This document shows positions 27,923-41,893 of a DNA stretch of 64,000 nt, one piece after another (positions within the stretch are counted from its first letter, which is position 1; the number at the start of each line of letters is the position of its first letter). Source of the stretch: Amoebophrya sp. A120. Its lineage: Eukaryota; Protista; Dinoflagellata. Below the pieces are notes generated by a model. That model had not been told where the DNA came from. It searched no databases and was given only the letters and a program-made list of their open reading frames with translations. Position numbers and translations under genes: made by a program. Where the stretch lies: assembly GCA_905178155.1 (NCBI GenBank), contig CAJINV010000003.1, positions 7,001,612-7,065,611 of the forward strand, given 5' to 3'.

Positions 27923-30900
27923 TCATTTAGTGCGCCACTCTGGTTGCCTCAGACTGTTTTTCCCGGGAGTTCGAGCGTGTGAGTTTGCTACTGAGGCACC
28001 ACCCGGTGACGTCGCGCTCGCGGTTGTAAAGTTTATCCTACTTGCTCTCCTCGATGGCGAGACCCTGTGTGCAAGCCTTGTCAGCGTTGATGTTTCTTTC
28101 TGCCTAGCAGGATCTGTATTTTTTTTCTCAATTGAGCTCTTCGTCGTTGAAGCACTATGTTTGGTAGGAGGCACCACAGTAGAGACGTTTTGGCTGATTT
28201 TGGTGGGGCGAGTCCGATAGACTGCAGCGGTTCCCGCCTCGTCGTCCCCGGGGGAAGTGTTCTGCATGCTCGGCGTGGACAGCAGAGGAGAGGTCCGTTT
28301 TCCCCTTGAGTGTGGTGTTGTCGCAGCACTTGCATAGTGACCTACGACAGATGAAGCATTGACATTATCGTCCTCGCGTTCTTGTTGAAGTAGATAATCG
28401 AAATTCTTGCTCTCTTGGAGCTGGGCGTCACTGTCTGCACTTCGTTGACTTTCGCTTTTCTTATCGATGTCTTTTTCTCTTCGGAATTCCCCACGATCAT
28501 TCTTGTCCTCATTTTCGCCGAAGTGCACGACTCGTTTCGCGTTGGAGGTTGGACTCAAGTTGTACGCGGTGGAGAAAGAAGACTGAAACTCGATTTTTCT
28601 CGACTTTGCGCCTTGCGTGTCTATTTCGTCGAGTTGCTGGTCCTGTTCAGGTGACGACGCAACAGACGAAGATGATCCTGAGCCCGAACTGCCGCCCCTT
28701 GTAGGTGCTGGCGCTACAACAGCTGGGGCACCACGGTGCTTGCTGTCTTTTTGTAGTACAGTATTCAAGAACGGGATAGGTTCCACGGCACTTCTAGTGC
28801 GGTCGTCTTCAATTTCATCCGCCACGAGATTTGGCGCGATTGCTCTCGCCGCAACCCCCGTAGTTGTAGAAGTTGGTCTTCTTGCTACAAATTCAGCAGA
28901 GGCGCTGACCGGAAATTTCCGCCCAAAGGGAACTTCATTTTCGTCGAGCAGACTCCCCTGGGAGTCGCGGAGTGTCGCGGCCGGTGGCGCAGCAACGTCT
29001 CGACGGAGTTGGGAAGAAGTGTCCTGCTCATCGATTGCCCCATCCGAAGGTGGATCCGTGAAGTAGAGTGGTCGACGACGGGCGCGATCAGAATTGCGAT
29101 CCTGTAAAGTATAATTGATGTGTATGTGATTAAATTTTTCCATTTCGATTTGTGTTTCCAAAGAATTGAGAGACGAATGAGACTAATAGCAGCTCAACAG
29201 AAGGCGCTATCAAAAACATACGCAGTCGCTTTTTTACAGCCAATTGCTCCAATTGTCTTGAGTCATCCGGTATACAGAGTGACAGTGAGTGATGTCGTGA
29301 GCTGCGGCCGAACAAAAGATCGTGCTTCTCGACGTGAACGTCTACTGTAGAAATAGAAGTTCTTGCAGAACCTGCTCCTACACGAACACGAGCGTCGATG
29401 TACACGCATGAAGTAATACAGCATCTCTGCGCCACTCGCTTTCTGCAGCACACAAATCAGTGTGAAGGGAAAGCATTAGCATGCGTCTCGAGCTCAACGC
29501 GGTCGCGCGGCCACATTATTCAAACAACAGTAAGAGCAGCGAGAACGGAATTATTCTCAGTAAGTACCTGCGTCCCCCTCCCCCTGTTTTCCCTCATCTG
29601 CTCGCCGTACCTCTCCTCGCCGGACGACGATGATGACGAACTAGATGACGATGAACTGCTGTAAGTTTCTTGCTCCTGACGGCCGGCCCCCCGAGCCGAA
29701 GATCTATTTTTTGTCGCCGGCGGGGCTTTATCATTTGTGCCTCTTTTTCTTTCCGGCTTGCCTTCCGTTGTTTGCTTTGTTCCCTTGGAAGTGGCTTGCT
29801 GGTGCTGGTGGTCTCGGTCTTGCTCCGATGCTGCTAGCCCTTCTGCGACCAGGCCGACGGAATCGAAAAGAGGCACGTTGTCTCCCGTATTTTTTTCGTA
29901 CTTGGACCGCCCTGTGTTGCTGGAGCCGAGATGAAAACGTCCTCGATCGTCGTGACTGTCCTCGTCGGGGAGGCGGTCAACATCGCTCGTGTTTCCAGTG
30001 TTGCTCCCGTGGCGCCCGAGTTCATCTGTCGGTTGTGCGGTTCTCAGCAGAAGAAGGCAGCTCGAGAGAAAGGCCAAGAGGCTTGTGAGGCAGAATCCGA
30101 CAAGAATCCCGCGGCCTACGAGCAAAAACTTTTCGCAACGCCGAGTAGCGGCTCCTGGTTCCCAGGGTACGTAGTTATCAACGACGCAAGCAAACGCAGA
30201 TGTTGTCAAGGGCCCCAAACCGGCGTCCGGACACGAATTCTCGGGATTTACGTGACACCATAGTGGCTCCACCTCTTGTGCTGGCGTGATGATGTTGACG
30301 CTCGAGGAGCTACTTCTACCTTCGCTGATTCCGTCCTTCTCTGCCGACCCGGCAGGCAAAGTTTCCATCTCTTCGAGAAAAGAGAACGCGGCTGAGCTTT
30401 TGAGCGCCTGACTTCCAACTCCGAAATGCCGCTCGAGCGCACGCACCAGGTCCTCGCCGCTCTGTCCGGCGACGAGGGAGTCGGTGATTGAATGCGGCGC
30501 GTTCTTCAGAATGGTGATCTTCAGCACACCCTCTGGGGAGCCGCCCGTTGTTCTCGTGACGGAACCGCTCTGCTGTGCCTGCGGCTGCTCAGGATACTGC
30601 TTTTGGTGCTGTTCGTGGGCGGCAACTTCTACTTCTGGAGCGGGGGGTTGGGAGGTACTTCGCAACATCGAAGGATCCTTTTGTTCTTTTCGGTGAATGA
30701 CTACGACAGCTGCTGGAACAGGAACAGCAGGTCCTGGTGTTCCTGCTACAAGGTGTCCTCCACCAGAAGTTCGTCCCACTGCCTGGATCAACTGCCCAGG
30801 CGGTGCTGAAAAGGCTCTCAGCTGCCGCGAGGTAGTTGCACCCTGATCATAGTGCTCGGACGGTAAAGCAGGAGACTCCGTGAACTTGTCGTCCGTCTCG

Positions 30901-33900
30901 AAGCGAGGACCTTTATGTCCAGAGGAGGTGAGGATTTTGTACGTCGGGGTTGCCGACGCAGAACTGACCCCTTTCGATTTTCGTCCGGCCTCTGCCAGAT
31001 CTTGTTTGCGGTCCTTTTCGACACTGTGCACGAATTCGGCGGTGGTGGGCCGCTGCGCGCTAGCCAGACCGAACGGCGGCACACACTGCGCGGAAGCGGG
31101 TTGGTTTGTGAGAAAAAGCCCACTGCAGCGGCAATTGAATTCGTCTGCTCGAGAGCAGACATCTCTGGAATAGAACTTGTTGTCCTCTGCACCCTGAACA
31201 ACAGTGAAGCCCAGCGCCGCACAGCCAGCAACGGTATCCTCTTCAACCTCACACCACCGGAGGTGGTCTTTAACAGGAACTTCCGATATAGCAGCTTGAC
31301 GGTTAGTACCTTTTTGAATTTCCTGCGCCCCCCCGTCGCGCTCGGTCGCCGTCCCGCGACTCGCGGACCACGTACTACCGGCGGCTGCGTTCGTATTTTC
31401 GGATATAATTGTTGTCCTTGAGGACGACGACGAGGAGACCTCGTCTCCTAAGGACCCACCACCATAACTTTCTTCCATGGTAGAAGACGAAGGTGCATCG
31501 GGACGAGGAACAGGCTCCTTTTCAACATCCCCGACTTCGAGAAGCCCGGCCGCTGAGAAGACAACAGCAGGACCACCAGGTGGTCCACGACCAGTTCCAG
31601 TTCCTCCTTCGACGCTGTTGGCGCTTTGATCTGCTGGAAGTAGCGGTGAGCCTCCTGGAGGAGGAGCTGGAACTATCAACGTTGAGGTAGACGACGTCTC
31701 CATCGACGGGTTTGCTGCACTCGAGCCAGGCGCTAAGTCAGGACGAGAAAGGGACGGGCGGAGCTCGTCCTGCTCCACCGGAGCAAGGAGCGTCGACGTG
31801 ATCGACGACGTGGCTAACGAGTTGACAGCTGTTCCCGAGAGCAGCGCGTTCAGAAAGTCGGAGTTTGCGGAACCCCGTTTCCGATCGCGCGCCTCCCCCT
31901 CCACCTCCACCTCCGCGGCGTCCGTCTGAAGATCATCGAAAAACTTGTTCACGTGCGCCCCCGACCGTGCCTTCGCAAGCCCGGACACCTGCATCACATC
32001 TTCCCACGTGGCTTTCTCTCGTGTAGTAGTTGCACTGCTGTTCGACGCGGGAGCAAAAACGTATTTCTGCACGAGATCCGAGATAACGTGTTGCAGACGC
32101 CCCACAAAAGTCCCACGACGGCTTGTACCGCGCAAGGAACCACGAACAGACGACCGCGGGAAGGCGAAGCAGGGTGACTTGCAGCGGCAATCCGCCGGGC
32201 GTGTCTTCAATGCTTCCGCGATGTCAGGAGTATTCATCTGGTTCACGGGCATCACCGGAAGCGAGATCCGAGTCGCGCCGTCGCCGAGTGCTGCAGATGG
32301 CGGCGGCGCAACACGCTCAGTCTTTGATGTCGTTGTGACTTTCATCATCTGCAACGCTCCGTCTGGAGCGAACAGGCCCGGGAAACCTTCACTCTTTTCC
32401 AATGCTGCCTGTTCTTGAAGTGCACCGGCTCCGGCCGCCGAGGACAACAGCAGCTGCGAACCAGCAACCTCGCCAAGCGACGATGAAGATGCCGTCGCCA
32501 TCGGTGCCCTCAGCTCGTTTTGAAACTTCTGGTGGTGCGCGGGTTGAAACAAGGCGTCCTCCTCGTAGTGTAGAGCAGCGTCGTGCGCCAAGATTGACGA
32601 AACGACTTTCCGAACCACTGTGGGATCGAGCAAATAGGCGCTCGGCTGAAAGTGTTCGTCCTGCTCGAGACGCTGCGCCACCTGTTCTGCCGCGTTCCCC
32701 GAAAGCAAAGTTTCGCTCTTCAAAATCCTGCGTAGATCTCGAAAAAAACTCGCGTGACGGTGTTCAGCAGAGATGGGGTGGGTGGTTTCCAGGCTTTTGT
32801 TCTCGTCGAGCTCTTTTTCCAAATCGTGCTCCGTCACGGTCTTTTCGTGTTGCGGTTTATTTTCGTTGTCATCATCAAGTCTTGTACTTCTACTTTGCTG
32901 TTCATCATCTTGCCCGTCAACTTCTACATCTACATCTTGGCCGACCTGCAGAAAAGAAGTGGGCGCCGCTTTGTCGAACGATACCGCTCCATACGGATTG
33001 TAGGGAGCGGCCGCGGGCGCGCGGCTGCCCGTGGTAGAAGATAGAGAGGCCTCGCTCGGACCACCACCTCCGCCGCCCGAGACGGACACGGGTGCGGTTC
33101 TGGTGGGAGTTCTCGCGCCCTCAGCTCGTGCTTGAGTGGAATCATCCTGAGCTGCTTCTACTTCACCGCTCCCAGCCGAAACGGGGGCTACACTGAGCGC
33201 GTAAAAGGGGGGCTCCTGGCGGTCCTTCTTCTGCAGTTCCGTGAAGAGCCAGCCAATCGTGCGATCCGGGTCGCGGTCCAAAGTGCATCTCACCCGCTGC
33301 CAGCCGTAATGTGGAAACCACGAGTCATGCACTTCTACTTCACCCATCTGGAGTCCTTTTACTGGCATTGTGCTGGTGGCGCCATCTACTTTCGCACTAG
33401 CTTCGGTGTTCGCGGAAGACGAGTCCGAGTCAGGCGTGGTGCTAGAAGAAACGAGCGTGACCCAGAATTCTCTGGCTTCACCCGGGGCTCGTGGCTTGCT
33501 GGAAGCGGCGTCGCGGAAGTGGTAGAACTGACGCTCTTGAAGTTCTGTCATCCCGGTATTGATGTCGGACGGCTCTGGCCGCTCCGGCGCGAGCCACAAG
33601 TGCCCACCGACGCGCTCCTGAAACGTCAGTTGCTGCACCTGATTCAGATTTTTAATAGGATTCGCCGTCTTCACTAGTTGGATTCCGCACGTGCTCGTAA
33701 TCCGAAAAACGCGGTCGGTTGCGTGCTGAGACGCGCCCTCTACTTCTTCTTTGAAACCACGAACCCGATCATGATCGCGAGGCACACCTTCGTTGATTTC
33801 CTGACGGGATGCAGCAGTGCTTGTCATCTGGGCGACCCCACCTCCTCCTACAACTTGTGCTGCTTGCGCCTGTCTCTCCTGCTCTGCTTTTCTCGCCAGC

Positions 33901-36900
33901 TGCAACAGGGGATCTTCATTCGGATCCACAACAGGGGGCAGGGGTGATGCGTCCGCTTGTGTTTGATCAGGTGACGGCAGCTGCGCCGCAGGTGACGATG
34001 TTGGTTGCATCTGGTGTAGGGTTCTCATAATTTTCCAAAAACGAGGATCAAGGAAAAACGCTTACTCTACGAACGAATAAAGAACCATCACTCAGCATCA
34101 GAGAAAAATGCAAGAAATTAAATCATTTATTTTTTATGTATTTGTCATGTTTGTAGACCTTCAGCTTCACTCCTAGAGAAAGACAAGACTCCGCTTACCT
34201 TCTGCTCCTGGTTGAAAATTGCGGTCTCGGTTTTTTCCGCTGGTTGGACTTGGGGCTGTTGCGGAACAGGAACAATTATTGGCTTCACGGCTTCTCCCTC
34301 CATTTTGACCAATGACGCCTTTTGTTCCGTGCTTAATTGTTGAGTTTTCTGCAGCGAAGCCTCCACCTTTGCAGTTTGGTGCTCCACCGCTCGCACCAGG
34401 TCACCGATTTCATTTTTCAAAGCGTTCAGACCTGGCGCGTTTTGATTGTCTCCTGTCCGCATGTCCGGGGGCGAGGCGGTAATAGACGGTACGGCTATGC
34501 CGGCCACAATCTTCGCTGGCGCAACCGTAAGACCCGCTCTATTACCCGTAGTTCCGACAGTGTTTGAGGCTGCGTCTTCTCCCGTCGTCGCCACAGGCGA
34601 GAAAATCACTGGGGGTACCGTGGTCGAACTAATTGCGACTGTTCTTACAGGTGTGGAATGTCCGAGCATCGCCGCGGCACCAGGATCAAACAGCTGAACT
34701 GGCTGCAAATACGCACTGCCCATTCCAGGTGCGAACGGCGCGGACGAGGACCCTGGCATGAGTACAGCTGCCGCAGCAGAGCTCGGTTGCTGGACTTGCT
34801 GCTGAGCCGGCACCAAAACCGTGGCCGGGCTGATGCTAGCTGGTGCTGGCGTAGCAGCTGGGGCCGGGGTGACGACGCGAATGTTGATCGTGGGGCTGAT
34901 TTCCGCCGCCTGTTTGATAGGCTGTCTGACGGTCTGCTGATCCATCGGTAAAGCCTCGTGATCAGTAGTGTCTACTCGCTTCTTCGTCGATGGGTTTATT
35001 TTCCTGCTACCTGCCACCCCCACTTCTTCGATGCTCCTTTCATCGTGGCCAGCGCGAGGTCGTTCTGAAGCACGACGCTCAGCTGTCTCTAGGTCTTCCC
35101 CTTGCGCGAGTATCTGCTCCTCGACTGCGTTTGTCGTTGTTGCACCTGGCTGCGCCGACGAGGACCACGACGGAGAGGCCCCCCCCTGGTTTGAGAATGT
35201 CTTCGTGCTTGTGTGAGATATTGTTATTTTCGGGTCACGACCGTTTCCATTATCATTTGTCACTCTGCTCTTGCGGACAAGGTGGACAGCACTTCTCCGC
35301 TCTGGTGGCGCTGGTAGAAATTCCGCAGCTGGTGATGGAGATAGATCGATGACGCGCACATTTGGGTCTCCAGACGACGGCATGGTCGCCGTGAAGGTCC
35401 CTGCTGCTGCACCGGGTCCGGGAGACCACGATGACGAAGAGACAACGTCTAGGATTTTCTGCACCATGCCTGCATCCAGAAGTCCCAGCCTCGCGAGAGC
35501 TTCTCTGAGGCCCGCGCTCGTATCGGCGGTCTCCAGAAACGCGGACGCTGCCGGATTGACCACTGCCGGCGGCACGGGAAACTGAATGTCTGTGTGCGGC
35601 ACACGCACGCCCACCACCTCGACAGGCTGCTGCTCCTGCTCCTCGAATGCAGGAGCAGCACCGGGGGCCTCTGCAGCTGGCGCAACATCTGGAGCACCGT
35701 CCGGGGATCCACCAGTTGGCTCTGGTGCTGTTCCCGATGCCGCGTCAGCTTGGTTTATTGGCAAAGGAGATTGCTCTTGCTGGTCCTGCACCTGTTCGAC
35801 CTCACCAGCAGCAGGAGCCACGACAGGTGGAGAACCTCCGGCCGTCTGCTTGTTCCCGGCTTCCGGTCCGTTTTGCAGCTGTTCATCTCCCAGCACTCCT
35901 GCGGGCGAGATGAGAGCACCTGCTGCAGTGCCAGCGTTCAGTTCAGCGTCGTGTTGATCTTCTTGTTGCTGCTGCTGCTCATTTGCGCCGGTTGTGTCCG
36001 CAGACGCGGCAGGCGGAACCTCGGACGGGAGGGATTCGGCGGGCGCCGAGCCTGTGCCTAGTGGCGCCGGCGGCGCGGCAGAAATAACTGTTCCGGAATT
36101 TAGTGGAGCGTTTGGATCCGACCCTCCCGCAGGCGACGTTATGGGTGGAGGTGGGGCGACGGTGCTGCTGTCAGTTGGAAGTGAGGAAGTTGAGTCGAAT
36201 GAATCTACTTGTTCTCCCCGCCCTGGACTGAGAACCGGCACTCCCTCTCGAACAGCAGAATCTTCCAATCGGGCAGTCTCATCCTCGTTTGGCTCTGCCT
36301 CCGCATGCGTAGACGGTTGCTCTATCGTTGGTTGCGCCTGTACTGCCGCGTTTTGGTCCTCGCGAAAATTCGTGTTGCGCTCTGGGGTAATCCCGACATA
36401 CTTTCCACCACTGCGATCTCTCCCTGTGCCTGGTGCTGGAGTATTCATATTGTTGTCGACATCGCCTCCGTTTCCGTTATCAGCTGGGGATTGCTGCTCT
36501 GCTTCCCGACTGCCTGCTCGTCTGGAGGTATCCTGGCTATTGGTTCGCTTTCTCATGATCTGTCGAGGAGCGTCCAAGTGCACGACTTCGTCAGGCGACG
36601 AGAGGCTCGATAATAAGGCGCCCGGCGCTAGAAGACTGCTCAGCAGCCGACCCAGGAGTCCCAACCGACTGTCGTCAACGGCCGGTGGAGGGCTTGCGCC
36701 TATTATGCGCGACTGGGAATGTGCATGTGGTAAGGGTGACGCGCCACTCTGCTCTTGTTCGTCTGCGGGAATGGGCGAAAAAGGATCCTCGTCAACGTGA
36801 TCCATTTGGAAACCCCCACCTGGCTGCAATGAAAGCAAAAACGTCCGCGGGAAATCTGGCAGTGGACTCGTCCCTGCTGCCCGTGGTGCCGTCTTGAAAT

Positions 36901-37816
36901 TTTTCTCATTATCGGTGGAATGGGTAGCGGATGCGAGGATTATCTCCGGCGCTCCTGCTGCTTCCACCGTCCTCGAGTGCTGGTCCTCTGGTGTCCCAGC
37001 AGGAGCGTTGCCACGACGGGTGCTCGTTGTTTCTTGTTGAATAACCCGCTGGGTTCTTACGGAGGTTCTTGTTTGTTCACTTTCTGGCGGTTTTCTGCTG
37101 GTGGACGACGCGGGCTCTTTTGCAACAAGACCAAGATCCCGGAGGAGGTCCCTCATACTTCCATAGCGGCGTGGACGCAAAGGCGGCTGGCGGTAGCGGG
37201 AACCCTGCGTACGGCGCCCATCCGCTGCTCGTCCCGCGTCGAAGAATTCGACCCCCGCTGGAGGCGCCAGGAATTCTCCAGGCTGCCGGTCTTCGCTCGG
37301 GTACGGGTTTTGCAGCGATCCGTCGAAAACTCGGAGAAGTTCACACTTGTCAAACCCGTCCAGGTCGTCCGCAGGGTACCGGCACTCGCAGCTAAGGTTC
37401 AAGAACCACTGCGGCACTTGGTGGAGAAGCAGCAAAAACGCGTTCACCAGCAGGAAGAGGTAGAAGTAGAGTCGTAGGGTTGTCTTCGTTTTCGCAGCCC
37501 CCGCGTGCAGCAAACAGACCGCGGCCAAAAGTCGCAACACACCACAAAAGAGATCGAGTTCCCAACACGAGTCGCTGGCACCAGAAGTAGTCGGTACACA
37601 AAAAATTATGAGCAGGAAAAACAAACCCAGAATGGTCTCGGCGACGCCGGTGCCCGCAACTACTTGCCACTTGCGCAACACTTCCGCGCTGGTCTGTAGT
37701 AATTGCGCGAGATTTCGGTCCAGCCACGCTCCCGCTTCCTCTCCAGCCACTCCGGCCCGGGGCGGGTCGCCTTCCGAGTCAACATGACCTCTGTCGCGGC
37801 CGCCCGACAAGGACAT
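27923..37816 (-). CDS. Very large (~3000 aa) low-complexity membrane/secretory-pathway protein, at least 3 exons
   Basis: ORFs of 1223, 1502 and 412 aa can be joined by phase-0 GT-AG introns (EQK|GTAAGC...CACCAG|MQP; GTQ|GTACTT...TTACAG|DRN). Has N-terminal hydrophobic helices, Cys/Trp-rich patches and a TM helix GILVGFCLTSLLAFLSSCLLLL. Confidence 0.7.
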
Positions 37817-39134
37817 GGTTGGCGCCCTTGTGACCGCGTCTAGTACTCAGACATGTACTAGCTAGAACTCGCCTCTCGTAGCTGATCCATGATCTCGACA
37901 CAAATGCCTTGACTTTGTTTGGGTGCGGCTGTGTTTCTGTTTCCCTTGCTTTAGTATTGGTTGTGGTTCCACCTTGTTCTAAGTACATAATAAAACCGAA
38001 AAACTCAAACCCACACGAAAACGTCGCATCAAGTGCAAAGGTCGAAAGAGTCGTCGCCGTTGCGTATGCGTAAGCGCATAAAATTTTAAACAAAGTGTAA
38101 GTAATGCAAATAGTGCAAATTGCTCTTGCTGCTTACTTTCGCTCATATATCACCAAGCGAACACTTGATAACGATGTTGGCAGTGTGTCCCCTGGCAGGT
38201 TGCTACGTGCTACTGCTCCTCCAGCCCGCCGAGGGCTGCGCGCCCATATGAAAGTGGACAGTCAAGATATACGCACAAAGTCTCGGCTGCTTCCTTATCC
38301 TTCGAGAGCGGACACTTTCAGCACAAGGCTGGTTTTTTCGGACTCAGAGTCGCATTAGAGAACTCCGAAACCCTGCCAGAATCGACGTCGTTCGGGGAGA
38401 ACAGAAAAACGCGCACCGTAGCACTCTGGTGCCTGAGTGCCGGGCGTTCTGATCAGCAACAGCGCCGGCGCATTAAGCCCTGCTTTTTAGGTCTTGGTTG
38501 CGGAGGAGATCACTCGACCCCACGACGGCTCTGGGACTATGTCTATGGCTCGACCGCCAGACCCACTGCGTATTCAATCACACAGCGCAAAACGTAAACG
38601 AGCGACGCCCCACAGTTGGCGAATACAACTGCTGGCAGAGCAACGCTAGGTAGAAGGAGTGCGCACCAAACTCCCGCGCTGGCACGTGGATCCTTCCTCT
38701 GCTAATTTTTTTGCTGTAAAGCTAAAGTGACACCAGATGAGAAACAAAAAGCCCGCCGGGGAGGGCGCGACTCACTTGCTTAAATTTGCGCACTGGCGCT
38801 TAGTTTCATCGAGCGGTCCGAGTGAGAACTGGACAAGTGCTCCATACGAAGCACTATTTATAAACGAAAGCTGCATAAGCAATCTTCAAGTTCAAAAGAA
38901 GTCCGCTTCTTCGCCGTGACTTGTTCCCGACACAAACACGTTGAACAAGGGCTACATGCGGTTGATCGCTCGACGACCCTGATTCGCCGCGTCTTCCTCC
39001 TTAGCATCCTCCGTAGCCGCAGAGCCGATCACTACAGAACTGGGACGACATTCATCGAGGTGTAGAGGAGTGGCGCAGCTGCACTTGCTCAGATCTACGC
39101 AACCGCAGGAGCAACAGCGCTGCAATACCTGATT

Positions 39135-39893
39135 TCACATTTTGCTGACGAGCTCGGCCTTCTTGGCTTCAAACTCCTCGATGGAAATGAGGCCCATGTC
39201 CTTCATTTCGGCGAGCTCCTGCAGTTTGCCCTTCGTGCTCCCTACTGCGGACTTCATCTGCATCTATCCGGGCGGTTGATAGGCGAGGTCAACCGCGTTA
39301 CTGATCAACGTGCAAGCTTCCTCCGAATTAGAGACGTACATCGCAAAAAATGGGTCAACCCCAAAATCATCACCTCGGCGTTTGTTGCTGTAGTTCAACC
39401 GTGATTTTTGCGGAACCCTGATTTTGACGGCCTCGATCGAATCCGGGCACTTGTTGCCCACATCCTCTACCCAAGCAGGACTCTGCCGACTAGAGATGGG
39501 GGAGACGTTGCGCAAGCTCTCGTAGGCCGTCCGTTTGTCCTCGATGACACCCTGCCGATAGCTACACCGGTTGCAGCCAGCTTTCTTTGCCGCGTCGTCG
39601 TAGGGGAGGACGACGTTATAGATGTTTTTCTTTCCGAGAATGTACAGCGTGTGCCGCAGCTGTGCCTTTTCATGTATGTTCTCGAGGTACGCACCCAGAC
39701 GACACAGAGTGCAGCACGGAAAAAGCACCCAATGAGGTGCCTCTGCCTTCCACAGCCGGTCATACTTCTCCGGGTCCACACGCCACACGACGACCGGCTC
39801 GTCTTCGTGTGCATTGCAATGGGCGATGGCCTTCAGCCCATCTGCCTTCGTCGCGCCGGACAAAAGCTGGATATCGCTCAGTCCTGTTGTCAT
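39135..39893 (-). pseudogene. Intronless gene with a C-terminal SHOCT-like domain interrupted by an in-frame TAG (39266-39264)
   Basis: ORF 39264..39893 continues in frame past the TAG as MQMKSAVGSTKGKLQELAEMKDMGLISIEEFEAKKAELVSKM*, a typical SHOCT motif (L..L...G.I...EF...K..L). Confidence 0.6.
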
Positions 39894-41592
39894 TTTCTAC
39901 TGCGCTACTTGCTTTCGCGGTTTATTTGTCAAAACCGACCCCGACGGAGAACCATGCGAGGCTGCAAATATCGAAGAAAAAAACATTGTTGGTGTAGGAT
40001 TCTCTGAAATGCGTAAATTTTTTTTTGGCGCAAAGTTGTAAAATTTTTTTAAAGCACGGCACTCCTGTCTATTTTCCGTTTGGTGTTTTGGATTGTCTGT
40101 CATGGCTGAATCTAATGGCTACCCCGCTCCGGGCACTACATTAGCTAGCTGGGGAGGCAGGGCAATGCAAAAACCTCTGCAGCGGAGCGGGCCGGTGTGT
40201 AACCTATTGCAATTGCGGCTTCTGTCCCGGCCTCGCGATAAAGACTCAGCAAAGGGCAGGAAAATCCGGCGCATTATTGAAAACAGCGCATCTTGCTGCC
40301 GGTGAGTGTGTTGTCGCTTGTCTACTGTCAGCCCATGCGGGGTGCCAGCTTGACACTTCGCAGCAAAATTATTCTGGGGAATCATGGGCGTGCGGGCCGC
40401 CTTTGGTGCAGTATTGGGCTGCGCGGTCATTCAAAGCACGGGCGGCGAACTCGCTGCTTCGCATGATTCGGATGAGGCTCGTTTGAGGCTTCCAAAAATG
40501 AACCAAAGGAAGAAAAATCTCGGAGTGTGGGTTTTTACAGGGGAAAAAAGAGGGGTCAACAGTAGGGGCAAAAACTTCGCTTATTTTTTTAACAATCTCC
40601 GCCGCGGCTAACAATTTACACTACTTAAAAAATTTAACGTACCATGGGGATTAGAGAAAAGAAAAACAGAACGGTACGCGCTGAGGCCCAGAATTATTTG
40701 CACTACCATCGTGATTGGGGTCAAACCTTGCGTATATACCCGGGCGCGGTGCCCTCGTGGTACGGCTTTTGTTACACTGCGAAATTATAAGGATCTCAGT
40801 AGCCTACGCGCGCCATACCATGCGGGTTGGCCCTTCAAAGTCTTCTGGTTTTTGCTTTTGTCTTTTACTCACGCCTTTCCGGAATCCCGGGATTTCCCGA
40901 ATCCCGGGATTTGTCGTGAAACTGGTGAAAATCGTGCAAGAGTTGCTTTGTTTTCTATGCTAATCGCGATGGTAGGACCTCTTTTGCACGAGTTTTTGCA
41001 CCGTGCAAAAAATCGCGCAAAAGCCTAACACTTGTGTCGCGAATCGCGCTACTACGGGCCCTGTTTGCGGAGTTGCTTTTTCCTGGTTTTCCGCGATATT
41101 TCGCACAAGTCGCGCAGCCGAATCACGACGGCACGGCCTTTTTTTCACGATGTGTCTCGCCGTGACACAAATCGGAACAAGCGCTGCGGTTTTATCTCGA
41201 ATCGCGATGGTACGCGCCGGCTTTCGACCGGAGTCGGTTTCCGTGGTTTGTCGGTCGCGACCGCAACGTTTGGGAATCGCGACCCGCACCGCGGCACATG
41301 TGGGCAGTGTTTCCGCTTATCGCCCGCGCGCGTGTCTACTTTTACCTTGGCTGCCCTCGCCGACGCGGGTCGGAGTCCGCACGTCCTAACAGCACGGCGC
41401 CGACTGCTCAGCGCACTGCGTGCCCTGGCACATGGTGGCGCCAGCGTCTGCAGTCAATATCTTCCCGCGCGCGTAGTGCGCGCGGCGGCGCATGCGGGCA
41501 GTATTCCCCACCGCACTGCTGGTCTTTGCCTGTCGCGCGGAATGTCTCTCGGGTTCTTGTGGTTGTCACTGTGCGCCATATACATACTGTCG

Positions 41593-41893
41593 TGGTTGGT
41601 TGTCAATACGCCAGAACGACAACTCCTTCGCGTGGCGCCAACAACGGGCGCGGGGCAAATCCAAACCCCACCCGAAACAAGACAAGCCCTGTGCGTAAAA
41701 TCGTATGGCGCTGGGAATTGCGATACGCTACAAGAGCGGTGGCTACAGTTTGTGGTAGCTAGGGAGCTAAAATCCTGCATGCGTGTCCTCCACGCGGGCG
41801 GCTCCTTGTTTCGGGTGGGGTTTGGATTTGCCCCGCGCCCGTTGTTGACGCCACGCGAAGGAGTTGTCGTTCTGGCGTATTGACAACCAACCA
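41593..41893. repeat. 89-bp near-perfect inverted repeat (41593-41681 / 41805-41893) inside the large element
   Basis: TGGTTGGTTGTCAATACGCC...CCCGAAACAAG and its reverse complement, one mismatch seen, 123-bp loop. Confidence 0.9.

Noticed and set aside
39265-39281. 17-bp mini-introner TATC...GATA that would remove the in-frame TAG
   Set aside because: There is no 5-bp TSD, and removal with a 5-nt flank would shift the frame.
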